Positions 9,160-22,400 of a stretch of DNA of 64,000 nucleotides are shown here, in pieces (position 1 is the first letter of the stretch; the number at the start of each line of letters is the position of its first letter). The notes beneath the pieces were generated by a model. The model was given only the letters and a program-made list of their open reading frames with translations. It was not told the DNA's origin and ran no database searches. Position numbers and translations under genes: made by a program. The DNA lies in contig JAKMXF010000330.1 in NCBI GenBank assembly GCA_024704765.1, forward strand, positions 186,001 through 250,000, in the 5' to 3' direction. The DNA comes from Oopsacas minuta. Its lineage: Eukaryota > Animalia > Porifera.

Positions 9160-12100
9160 TCATTTCGTGGTTAAAATAACTAAAATCTTAGAAGCCGTAT
9201 CAGAAATCTCCTTAACATCGTGATTAACAGTGTGTCTCTTAACCAACAGTTCTAATCCACAGTTTCTGATGGCTTGCTTTACACTATCCGCAGCATTATT
9301 CAGTAATTGCTGTATTGCCCACAAACCTATGTGTACGTAAGGAGCCTCAGGTGATTGTAGGAAATTTTTAACAACTTCTAAAATCCTTGTAAAGTTTATT
9401 AACTGTTCGCGACACTCCTCATTCTCACTCAAATACCCCAGTATCCCCAGTGTGTTGTAGCGGACCTCATTGAATCCTTTTTCTGCCCAATTAACTGCAA
9501 CTTCTAAGAACTTATTGTCATATAGAGCGATTAGTGCAGGACGAACCTTTTCGTAAGAGGCGAGCACAGCAAGGCAAGAAGTTATTTCTCCTTGTATTTG
9601 TTCATTTCGCAGTTCTTCCTGACCCATTTTCTCAGCGAGAACAGAGGGGATATTGTACTGATTGACTAGTGTTTCGTGCTGCTCCTGAGTGCATAGATTT
9701 CTGTAGATGATAAATGTAAGATAAATAATCGTCTTTCTAATTTTTATGCTCAAGCATAAAGTATTATAATCACAGATTCATTCTTAGTATCGTGTTTGCT
9801 TACAACATGCTTTAATACAAATGAAAATAAGCAGATCAGGATATTGTTCAAAGTTAAAAAATTTCAGTTTCGACAAAAAAAGAAATGAAAAACACAAATA
9901 AAGTTAATGATTCCTAAATTATTGATCTCCAAAAACACTACTAAAAGCTAGGAGTAACCTTTTCAGTTATCATGATTTAATAAATTTATCCATAAAAAGC
10001 AAATAGAATCATTGAAATACCCTATATATTATTATTTAAAGACAATTTTGCGTTTAAACAGTAGAAGGAATTTTGTAAGCTTCATGAAAAATTCAGTTTC
10101 GAAATCATAGCAATAATGTACAAGTATAGCCGAAAATTACATAATGGTTCAAATTTCGTCAACTCAACAAGGAATAACTGTAACTGAACTATTTGACAAT
10201 TAATAATGTTAATAACAACATTGTATTTCAGGGACAGATTATCAGCAAAAGTGAATAAATCAATGAATCAAATTATCCTTAAAACCATAAAACCAATCCG
10301 TTAAATGTAACGAAAGAATGATTTAGTGGAGTAGCTGTGACACATGCAGCGACAAGCTTGCACTATAATGATGCCATTCTTTATTCATAATACAGAAAGA
10401 AATATTCAAGACCATTCCAGATCGAAAGTACAATTAGTTGCATGTAGTAATCTCAAAGTGTTCTCAAAATATTTTAGATAACATTTAAAAACTATAATAT
10501 TAAGTATCTGCCCAATAAATCCAAAAGGAAATATCAAAAGGAACTGACAAAGACAGGGAACTTATGATTAATATTTCTTTTTACCATCATAGCTGAACAA
10601 AGAACTAGGGTTGCTGGTTTGGTAGTTAGGACTAGCAAATGATGTTTTCGCTTTCAATAAATATGATTGTGAGATAGTGCAATAATTCTTGGGATCAGTA
10701 CACACAGGTTCTTTCTTGCTGGGACGAAATAAATTATCTTGCACAGAGGATGGCCCTATTTTGTGATACACGGCAAAGAGTTTCCTTTTCCTGGTGAATA
10801 GAGAGAGGGCGCTGGCGCGTATATACATACCATGACCCTCACGACATGAAAAGTACTGAATACCTTTGTAGAGACCATTGGAAGTACCGAGTTTTGAAGT
10901 GAGTTCTACTCCAACCCACACTCCCTTGAGTGATACGAGAGGTCCCTTATAACGAACTATCCCTGTTTCCACTTCATCTTCACTACTGTTTAGTTTAACA
11001 TTAACTTCCTGACCAACCGTTACATCTTCGAATTTCATGTTTCAATCTAATACGATGATGTGAGGTATAATTCAAAGCGTATAAATTTATAGGATAAATA
11101 TATACGTAGAGTAAGGCTATTTGATAGGAGTGCGTAGTCAAAACAGTGTTTTGTTAATTAAGCAATAATAGCCAATACAATACAACATAATCTCTTTAGT
11201 ATGCTCGAGCGTAATAACTTTAATAAGTATTATGCCAGAATAAGTATATCTATAAATAGTTACAAAATACAGCTTAGATTATCAACAACAAATATTGTAG
11301 GCTGATGTCGGCGTAAAGGTCACTAATTTGTATAAAGTTCATCTTATGAGAGGGTTAAGTTTTAGTTTTGATGAATATTTATCCATCATGGTATTTATAC
11401 AATAACATATCTTGATTTTCTACTGATTAGTTATGAAACAAAATAAATTTAAGCTTTTAAACGTATTTAAGAGAAAGATTACCTTAAAGTAATTTTTTAT
11501 ATAATGGTATTATTATAACAATAAAACTACAGATGAGCAACAAATATTCCATAAATTATAGCTTATTACTATTGTAAGCAATTGATCATTTTAGGCTCAT
11601 GTTAATGAAAAACTTGGTCTACTTCGAATTTCGAATTACAGTATAAACATTTGCACAGAAATAAAGTAAAAAACCGGTTTCGACTGTATGTTAATTAGAT
11701 AAGTATATTCATCATTAATTAGCAAACATCTCGTATAATTGAATTTCACTGAGAAAATGGTGAAATAATGACAATATTCATGCAGCTGGTAAACTAGATG
11801 GGCGTGGAGCTGAAATAAGTTTCCAACTACGAGTGGCATTATTGAATCATGTTAGCATCACACTAACAAGGTAACTATTATGCAAGAGCTAATAACGATG
11901 ATTCAACCACTTTGAACTAAATATATGTCTATTGTGAATATGTAAAGATTTATTGCGTGGTAAAATGCTAATACTGAATATTTGAACCAGATTTGTTCTA
12001 CAGACCTGAAACCCAACTCTAATACTATATACATGAACCGTGATATCCGTGGGTAGAATCAGCTGATAATCATATTAAGTGCTTATTGACTGGATTCAAC

Positions 12101-13391
12101 ACGAAATTATGACGTAATTGCCACCTTTGTCAAATTAATCAGATAAGGATAATCTACATGCATTAGCATTGCTAGGCGGCGGTTGGCCACGTCAATAGAT
12201 TGATTATTGAAGTTATATACCATTCTTACAAATTCTTCATTACTTATCCCTATCTGCAGAATGATTTGGAAATACTAAAGCAATTACTGAGTATTAACTA
12301 ATATTCTTGTGAACAAATAAATATGATCTAATTCAAACTAATGTTATCCATAAGAATTTGATTAAAATAGAAATACTACACACACTAATAATGTGTGTTA
12401 TCTAATGCTTGGCTGAAACAGAGGCGTTGCCATGTTGCGAGACACAATATAGTAATACTTATCTGAAGCTGTGTTACTTCTATCCACCACCTATATCATA
12501 GCCTTATTGCGAATCCAGCTATGATCTGATCCTCGATCAAAAAGAGACTGGAATATGACTGAATTGCTAAATGATATTTTCATTCTTTGCGTCAAAATGG
12601 CATTGGTAAAAATCAATCAACAAATAGCTAATGTATGAACATAAAAGTGACGTTTAGACAATACAATACGTATTACTCAAAACCTTACTTCTGTAACAAA
12701 TGGAATTCATCCAAATATTATATAAGATTACTCTTATAATAATATTTCTGCAAAATAATATTAGACATATTGGTAGAAAATATTTCCTTATAAAGTGAAA
12801 TGATATAAATCAATATTAAATATAAATATGATAATATCATACATAGTAATTGAAAACTGAGGGTAAACCCAATTTAAGTGGTTTGTTGATGCAAACAATG
12901 TCAATAAGCAATGAACTAAGTATGTATTTAAAAATATAGGGAGAATTACCTTATAGTTCCAATAGCGTGACTCAACATATCAGGGAACTTAGATTCTTTA
13001 ATGATATTAGAGAGTAGGTCAGGATAACCGCCACTCATTATAGCAATCTCATTTTTTGGGTGAATTGAGAGATTTCTTAGAGCAGCAAGAGACGCGAGCA
13101 TAGAGGAATGTTGCTGAGTGAGTAATATGGCGTAGAGAGGGGGCAAAACGCCACATTCCACAAATTTAGTTTGATTCTCATCTGCAGAAGCGAGGTTACG
13201 GATGACGTAAGCAGCTTGTGAACAAACCTTTAAAGTATACGAGAAATTAGACATTGGGATAAAGAAATAATTTTGGCAAATTAAACGGTCTCAATTGTCT
13301 GAATAATCGAATGTTCAACAAATTGAAGATCAGCGACATATTATCTATATTATTAAAGCTCGAGTGTAGTGTAGTGTAGTGTAGTGTAGTG

Positions 13392-13431
<40 letters not shown>

Positions 13432-16400
13432 ATGTTTGCTTGTCCGTTATCAAGGAAAGGATTTATGGAATGTGTATTGAATTCGAATTACTCAATTATG
13501 AGATGATACATAACTATGTATTTATCGTGTTTATCAGGAATGTAAACAAAATTCCATACAACTTAAATAAATATATCAAATATGCTGAATCTGATTTTCA
13601 CACTTTTGAATTAATCATATGTAAATTTATTGTTGCTTTTATGAATATAAAGACGAAAATAGTTGAAATATATATTTATTAATTCATTTTGCAATTATTA
13701 TACCTTGACAAATTCGAGGCATGAAGTGCCGAGTCCCATGCGAACACAAAGCGTTCGCAAGCAACGCAGCGCGAGCAAGTGAAGCGTCTCGTTGTTAATA
13801 AATGTACAATAGACTTTCGATATTACACACATTTGTGTTAACAAAGTTTTTGTAACAAAAGTTCACTTAAACTCTTAGAGCAATGAATCATATGAAGATA
13901 ATTCCATAATTTGATGTTTAGCAAAAAAAGTAATCGTAAGGTTTAGGTGAGCACATCTAATCTGCAGGCAAATTCTGAAAAATAATGCAAATTATGTAAA
14001 TCACAATTTAAGTCAATACTTTACATTTGTATTTGTCAATTAATCAGTAATCTAGGTAAGAGGTATTATCCCAGAAATTAGTTAATTGTCAGCATTAGTA
14101 TGCAAATATAATTGTTTGTGTAAGATGAGTATAAAGAAGTATGATTGAAATTATGAATTTTCGCATAAGACTCAATAACGTCCGAGCCAGGCCCAAAATA
14201 CCCCTGTATGACAAAAGTTAGCCCTGGGGGTATTCTAGTTTTTTCATTCAATTCCGAACATGCAAAAATGCTTTTAATAGTATCGACTATAGATTAAGAA
14301 TTTTATGTAGCTAATGAAGTGTATTCTTTTGAGTTTTGATTGATAATATTTTGGTAACATGACTAATAATGAATATCTAGTATCTGTTTGTATGAAATAA
14401 ATAATAAATCATATAATATCTAGTATTATTAATACATAGTAATCAGAATGTTATTTCCCAAAATTCAAGATTACAGTAGAAATATCATCAACCAAACTAT
14501 CCAGAGGAGGCGCGAGGGTGGGGCAGTTGGGGCCTGTGTCCACCTGATTAATGTAAGTATGCCCCCAGTTTAATACCCGGTGCCCCACCTGTGACGTAAT
14601 TGTAGCCCACTTATAGCGGCTGGCTAACGCCGCCACTGACACAATTAATCAAAAGTGCATACTTTTCAACCTGCTATAACTGTTTCCCGATATTATCGAA
14701 AAAATTTCGATTGACTTGGATTTTCATTTCTACATCAATAAATAGCAATTACAGGCTATTATTTGGGAAAAAGGGACATCAATTTGCAAATCTTTTTTGG
14801 ATTCTAAAATTCTTCCATAGATTTCTTGTAAGATCCCTGGATGATTCAGGGACCACGGGAGAGTTTGCAAATATGAAGCCAAGGCTGCGGATCCGAGGGG
14901 GGTTGATGGGTTGATCGAACCCTCTAACAATCTTTGTACGTATCTATTCCACAATAATGACTTGACTGTACTCGGTAATATATGTATTAGTGGTAGCAGA
15001 AAACAAAATTGAGGCATCACATTTGGTATAAACTTCTTATAGATTAATTTTGCCTGGAAATACATTTCTGATACACTAGTTTGGAAAATCTTGAATATTT
15101 GCATAAAATTCCCCAATTCCAATAATCCACTGTTGAAATCTCAGAGAAATTCTATTACTGTGCTATCTATCCTAGCTTACACCCTTTGGCCCATTTATAG
15201 TCACATTATTGAAATTTTTAAAGTGCGAATTTACAAGAGTGCAATCTCCCTTGGTTAATATATATAGCTAGTACGATTTGTTATGGGATCGGATACCTGA
15301 AAGAGATTTAGAGTATCGTTATACCCTTCAAACGAATTTATCCTCCCAGACCTCAAATATGATACCTGGTTATGGTCGTATAAAGTTTACAATGACTGAA
15401 AAAATTGGCTAGATAAATTGGCCCAAAGGAAGTTAGGATATTTAGAGAATGTTACTTTGCTTATGTCAGTAATTACGGCAGCCAAAAAGGTTTAGAAAAT
15501 AATGTTCGGATTTTAGAGAAATCAAAATTGAGCTCTTTTCAAATCTACAACAAAATTAAAGATTTCGGCAAAATATACATCAAAAATTAACAGATACGGT
15601 CATACGGTAATCTTCCTTCTTACAAGTTGTAACTTAACGCAGTTATATTTTGTGTGATGCTTTATAATTGTGAAACATTTAATTACAAGTCTTTGTCTTA
15701 GAGTTCACTATGCTGTTCTTAGCGTGATCCAAAATCGCCAGCAGTTTTAGCGTTCTTTGATTCGTTGCTCTCAATTTGTGTAAAACCGAACCCACTTCGT
15801 GTATTTGATCCGCCCCTGGAAGGTTACACTGTACATTGCCGTAGGAGTCGGTGCGGCAGGTGCGGCGCTCACCGCACCAATAATTGCTAATTTATGTTAT
15901 CACAGATGGGGAGAGTCATGAATACAGCTCCTTACAATATCCCCCGCCGCACCAATAATTTCTTGCTTCCTACGTCCCTGCTGTATATACGTATATAGAA
16001 ATAACTAGTAAGTACATATACTTTACAAAGGCGACTCTCCGATGGGAACTGATGCAGAGAATTGCATAAATATTCCCATTATTGTAATCGACACAATATT
16101 CAGGGATATAACAGCTATACATTGCATGATTTTCTGATCTAAAAATCTTGTATAATAAGCTAAAATGATAAATGGAGTAGTACTGCCTGGTACGAATTTG
16201 GTACTGAACTAGTATTGCTTTGCTAATTTAAATCAATTATTGCAGAGGGCAAGGTGAATTTTAAAGTAACATACATTCCTACATATTATGTATAAAAATA
16301 TTGTGTCATAGTTCAGTGCTTGCTACTCAATCACAAACAAGCAGGTGGAAGTATACAAATACATCAGGATAACAGCGAGCAATTCTCGAGCTTTCAACAT

Positions 16401-19400
16401 AAGTATGTTCAATTCTATTATCTTGGTGTATGAAAGTTAGGTGTGCTTTCACAATATTACGCGTGACAAATTAGAATTCATGAACAAGCAACCTCGAAGT
16501 TGTCACCAGGGATACTATACTCTTGGGTGATAAATTGCGACATGACACAAGTTTTAATAGGTTTTTCCTATCACTAGAGGTTCGTAATATAATATTTGAT
16601 TTCAACATCTACAGCGGTAGACATCAACAATGCTCCGCGGTATATCAAATTGTAAACATGTTCAAAGCACTAGCATATGAATTCAGAAACATATACTAAA
16701 CATTATTAATGTATGTGAAATATGCAAAACGGCCACTCTGGCTAATCCCTGGTGTTTATTATGGTTCCAAACTACATTTGCATTTGTGGATATAGAGTTG
16801 TGTCAAAAACAGTTACCAAATTGTGTAGTATACATAATTGCTAGAAACATGCATAATTTATGGTTTAGTCTATTTCACCTTCATGTTAATTGGTGTACTG
16901 ATTAGACTTCCGGACAGTTTTTCAATGATGTCAACTTCAGAATTGGAACTAATAGCTTTCGAAGTAATTGTATTTTTGTCCGTGTGTGCTTATTTTGCGA
17001 ATTCTTACTTCACAGCGACACGCAATTTAATATTTCTCCAATCACATGAAAACTAATCATTGAATTTTACCTTATATCAATGAATATTAATTAATTTCTA
17101 ACAAATCAGCCACTATATAATTTCTCATAAGCCAATAATACCATATACGAATTGATATAACATATGATATTTGTATTTTTATGGAATTGCTGTTTTTACC
17201 TATTGTGCTATTTTGATATTGTATCACAATGATTTCAATCTCCAGCTGATGATTACTTATATATCAACGAGCCAATGGCTCGTCGCTTCGCGATGAACTC
17301 GGAGCATTGCGCCTCGAGGTATATATTATTCTCCAAATTGACGGCCCCTTTGAGTATTACAATATAGATATATTTAGAACAATGTAATTCATGAATATAC
17401 CTAAATGGCTTATATATTATTGAATTATTTTGCAAGATCAATCCCCTTTGTAGCAGCTGAGAGCGAGTATCTACGTATATTTTGAGATTTGGAAAATTTG
17501 TTTACTTTCCATTCATAAAAACAACAATAAATTTACATATGATTAATGCAAAAGTGTGAAAATCAGATTCAGCATGTTCGATATATTTAGTGTAGTTTTT
17601 ATTGAATTCTATTTACTTCCTTGATAAACACGATAAATACATAGTTAAGAGACAATTTCAAAATGGCATACCGTAAATCCTTTCCTTGACAACGGACAAA
17701 CAAACAACAATTGTGATTTAATAATATAGATTGACTAGTGTACTTATATGTCAGTTACCTCACTACAGGCTATGCAAAATAAATTACTTGTTTCTCATCC
17801 GGAATTTCTTCAGAAACTGGAACAGCGGACGGTATTTTATTATTATTTTTATAGACCAGTTAATGTGTAAAATATGATGACACTTCAATGATCTTGCCAC
17901 GTACTTTCTGAATATTGAATTTTCCAACTATACAAGTATCAAAATGTGGATTGCACCAAAGGCTTATCCATAATTTGGAAAATACAAATAAATCTGTCCG
18001 GACAGGCAGGGATGAAAAACAAGTATATTACGTGGCCTTACATATGCACACGAGGTTAACCAAGCTAATTTCCTTCCAAGTACTTATCTATTAGTGAGTA
18101 TTTATATAATTATTATAATTGATTATTTTGCATTAATTTAATGAAAAAGATCCGCATTTTGGCAAAACTGACCTTAACATCTCACTAGCCTGACAGTCAT
18201 AAGATACTATTATACGTGAGTGACTCTGGCCCGGTTAGTCAGGTCATGGACCTGAAAGCTACGTAATTGTTTCCGATGCGCCTTAATATTATTCGGGATT
18301 ATTAAATTAAGTACCTAACCACTGAATCTAAGTCTCAGTCCTGTTTACCTAACCTATACTAGTAATTTTGTAATAGTTCTTGAAATCTAGCACCCGGAAC
18401 GCCCCGGATCAAACCGAGATTAAAACCAGGATCGAATTAAATCAAATGATTGCCCTTAAAAAAGCATGTTGTTCCAATCAGTGGTTCTACCACACCCAGG
18501 GGAAGTTTACTTGGTCAACGGTGCGAAGAATGGGAAATTATATGCACATTACAAGTTGTAGAATAATATTATCAATGTTATTTTGCAGAAACACAGCTAC
18601 CAAAATAAAAAGAGTGGCATTTATCAGGTGGAAAGTGAAAACAGTGACAGTGAAGAAGTGACGATGAATTGACGCCATACGTGTGTACCGTATTTATATA
18701 GTAATTGGCTTGACAATTTCGTCGTTTTTTTTTACATAATAATTTACTATACATACGTGTATGCAAATACACCATTATTCATTATGAGTACAAATTTGTA
18801 CACATCATTCTTCCCTCCAATAAATATCACTTCAGTAATAAGTAGGTGAACCTATTACGTGTTTGTATTTATATTTGTACCAGACTAATTGTACTTGGGA
18901 TTGGATAAAAAAGTTACCCTACTCCGAATTCAAACTGTTTTTATTGCATAAAGTAGATATGAAATTACTGGAAGAAATTATTTGCGAGGGTTGAGGTTTA
19001 TGAGGGGGGCTCTAAGAATAAATACAACTAAAGTATATAAATCAGAAGAACCATCATATGATTACTGGATATACGTATGCGATGTATGTTCTATAAGCAA
19101 TTCACAGGTGTGTGGTGGAGATAATTACAAGAATTAATTAATTTACTAAAACATTTATAGAAAAGCAATCAGGACAATACCAGATAGCTTAATACCAATT
19201 ACCAAGATAAACGTGGAAGAGGAATCCTGAGAAACCACAGCATTTCAGCTTGCATAGGTCAGACTATATTATTGGGAATTAGGGAATAGATTAATTTACA
19301 AGAACATAATAATACCGACACTATAACAGACACAAAATTTAATATTCAAAGGGATTTAATTAATCAAACACCGCTAAATTATCATAATGTGCCTTCTAAT

Positions 19401-22400
19401 TATGCTGGTACATACAAATTAGAGTGACACAAAGTAGATTTAATCAAGTAAGTCGACGAGGTATGAAATAGGAAGTAGAATAATATTCGAAATCTAAGAA
19501 TAAGGAATAAAATAATCTGTACGATTAAGAACAATGAGCATGCGTAATGATGAATTAGTTATGTGGGAATGAGCCATAAATAATCAGACAAATGTACGCT
19601 ACAAAGGGTAGAGCTTATATGCCAAACCAAGAAGAATGAATGAAGAGCCCACAGAGTCACAGTCCATTCATTTTGATTACTTACGTAAGTCACAGAGATG
19701 TTAAGGTCTAGGGTTTCATAAGAAAAATTTTTCTTTTCAATATTTAGGTTTTTTAAGGTTTTACCATTTCAGATATGTTTACGGACACGGGACACCCTAA
19801 TAGAAAATAAATATCATTGAAATTTAAGAATTTGTGCAAATTACTTTCTCAGAACGTGAAGAGAGAAGACGAATCAGAGCGTTGAAGATAAGACCATCCT
19901 GTTCTTGAGTTAGAGCTAATCTAATGGCTGAATGTACGGCTAGATTGCTCAAAGCTGCACACGAGTAGAACTGTACATCTTCATCCTCAGAGCTGAGGAG
20001 ACGCATGAACTCCTTGCTAACTCCTGCTCGATGTAAGTCATATCTATAAACACATAACAAGAGGGCTAATTATTGACATTAAGTATTCGAACAAGAGGAA
20101 ATAATACAAGATGTCGTGCCAGCTGATATTCAGATTACCTTTGAATAAAATACCAATAAAAGGCTGTATATTGTGCGGTTTCTTGTAGATTTAGTAAATA
20201 AATAAATAAAGAATGCTCTACATCTGAGAATTTATCATATAATAGGAAGCAGTGTGTAAGCTCGAATAAAACAAGCTCCCAAAAAATACTTATTCAGTCG
20301 GGGCCTTTTAATAGGATAGGAAAACTCCCTTAAGTTACCTGCCAGTGCGCTTAACCTAGAACAGCGGCTGAATTAGAACGAATACGCTAATTCTGAGATC
20401 CTGGTAAATTCTAAGTTACAGGTACTCTCCGGATGAAACTGCCAGGATAAGAAGCTTCAACTGTAACGCCTTATAAGAGTGTAGCAGGAGAGCGCTCAGG
20501 CAAACGAAGCGTGCAATCATAAAGATCCCTACGGACTATTACCATTAGAATAGATGTAGTACATGCGTATATACATACTACAGTAATTTGTCAAATCTAG
20601 TGGACTCATTTAGGGTATATTTGTTGATGCTGATGTTGTCCTCAAATACAATACAGTAGAACCTCTATAAATGAGGGAAGTAGGCCGGCGGATTTCCTGA
20701 TAACACCCCATTCCCCATTTATAAATTCAAATGAAAATGTCCTTTAACCAGAGCTTTTTTGAGTCAATATCTATAACTACTTCCTCCAAACAACTGTTTT
20801 TCAATCGTATTTGATTATTTCAATATGCTCTAAGGTTGTTGGTAAAATATAAAATTTAAAATAAATTTTATTCTGAGAAACAAAACTTCGATCCATCATA
20901 GCGATAAATACGTGTTTCCTTTCCACATTAGCAAAATAATTGATTATTCAAGAATATTTGTCATGGAATTCCCCACTTATAGAGGTTGCACTGTATACTG
21001 ATCGCGATTTCGATCCTTCTTGTGATCCTTTTTCAAAATCATTGCCGACCTGATCATCGATCGATTATTTAGCCCACCTTTTATTTAAATGACCTTTGAA
21101 AATTAAAGTTCGATTACCATCCACTAAACTCTGTCTTAATTAGTATGCAGTTGTGCCAGATGCTATAATTGTGTCTATTTTCAAAATTACTAATTCCTGC
21201 GGAAGAATTTTGCCAAACATTCGTAAAGCAGCTTTGTAGGTGACTGTTCTAAACTACACATAATATAGTGATTAATTAAATAGACATTTAAGAAGTAGTT
21301 AATATTAGTATTTTGTACAAACCCAATCAGTGGTATCCTATTCGATTTTCTAAGGATGTGATTCGTAAGAGTTATTGAAACAAATAAGTACCATTAATTA
21401 AAGATAAAGTCCAAATAATCTCGAATTAGCATTTGCAACCGATGAGATCAAGTACACAAGGTATTCGAGTATGTAATGAAATCTGACATTCTTATTCCAC
21501 TGATATTCTCAAAGATTATATAGCGAATCCATTTGTTAGATAATGATGGGTACTCTGCTAAATTTAGCCAAAATACCATGTCAAATTAACTCAATATCCT
21601 TGATGCTCTTAGAAGTTATAACACAGATATTACAGAAGAATTAATAATATTTTGATTAAATTGGCCTAATAATCTGACTAAAAAGCTAGGAGTATATTCA
21701 TAATGGTTTTTCCATAAAAGATTAATTATGCTGCAACATAAATAATAATGACTCCATATTACAGAGGTTTCTGTAAGCTTACATAATATGGAGTATGCCA
21801 GGGCGGATCCAAAGCAGTTTCTCTATTTGGATTGAGAAATAAAGTAAATGATTTCCACTAACCAAGTTACTGATTAGCAAATTTAACTTGAATATTAGTG
21901 TTTTGATATACAAATACATAATTATACAACTGTAGAACATCCTAGATCCGGGCAGTAGTTTGGAGGTTGTTCGGATATTAGAAGATTTCAGGATTCAGAA
22001 ATAACGCTATCTCTATGGTAGTACCAAATTATTTCTAATCCACAATTTCGAAATGCAATATCATTACGGAACAGAGATGTATTCACAGTTTATGGCAGCT
22101 AAGAAACGTGTTTGACATGAAAATAGAGCAAAGTTTACTACGTATTTTATGGTAAATTTATCAGAAACTATTTTAAAACAATTTGAACCGATTCGAAAAA
22201 TCGTGCCCGGAACTTGGAAGTCTGGGTTTGCTTTGTCAGGTTCGAATGCATGCGTGTACAGATTAATATATTGTTAACTAGCCAAGCGAGAAATAATTAT
22301 ATAATGATAAAATACGTATATAAAAGCAAGCCAGTACAAATTGCACAAATATTTGACATCACTACACCTGTTTATTTCAATATGTGAGAGGTTGAGTAAT

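Noticed and set aside
13247-13682. ORFs 13247-13453(-) and 13398-13682(+) with THTH / CVCV runs
   Set aside because: Translations of the (TG)n microsatellite inside a Helitron copy.
14451-15122. ORFs 14451-14642, 14711-14914 and 14730-15122
   Set aside because: Lie in MITE/repeat-like intronic DNA; no transposase or other motif recognised.
16838-17056. Hydrophobic 72-aa plus-strand ORF in VAC8 intron 3
   Set aside because: Starts at TTG, upstream frames are interrupted by stops, and no family is recognisable; might be a decayed membrane-protein gene but cannot be supported.
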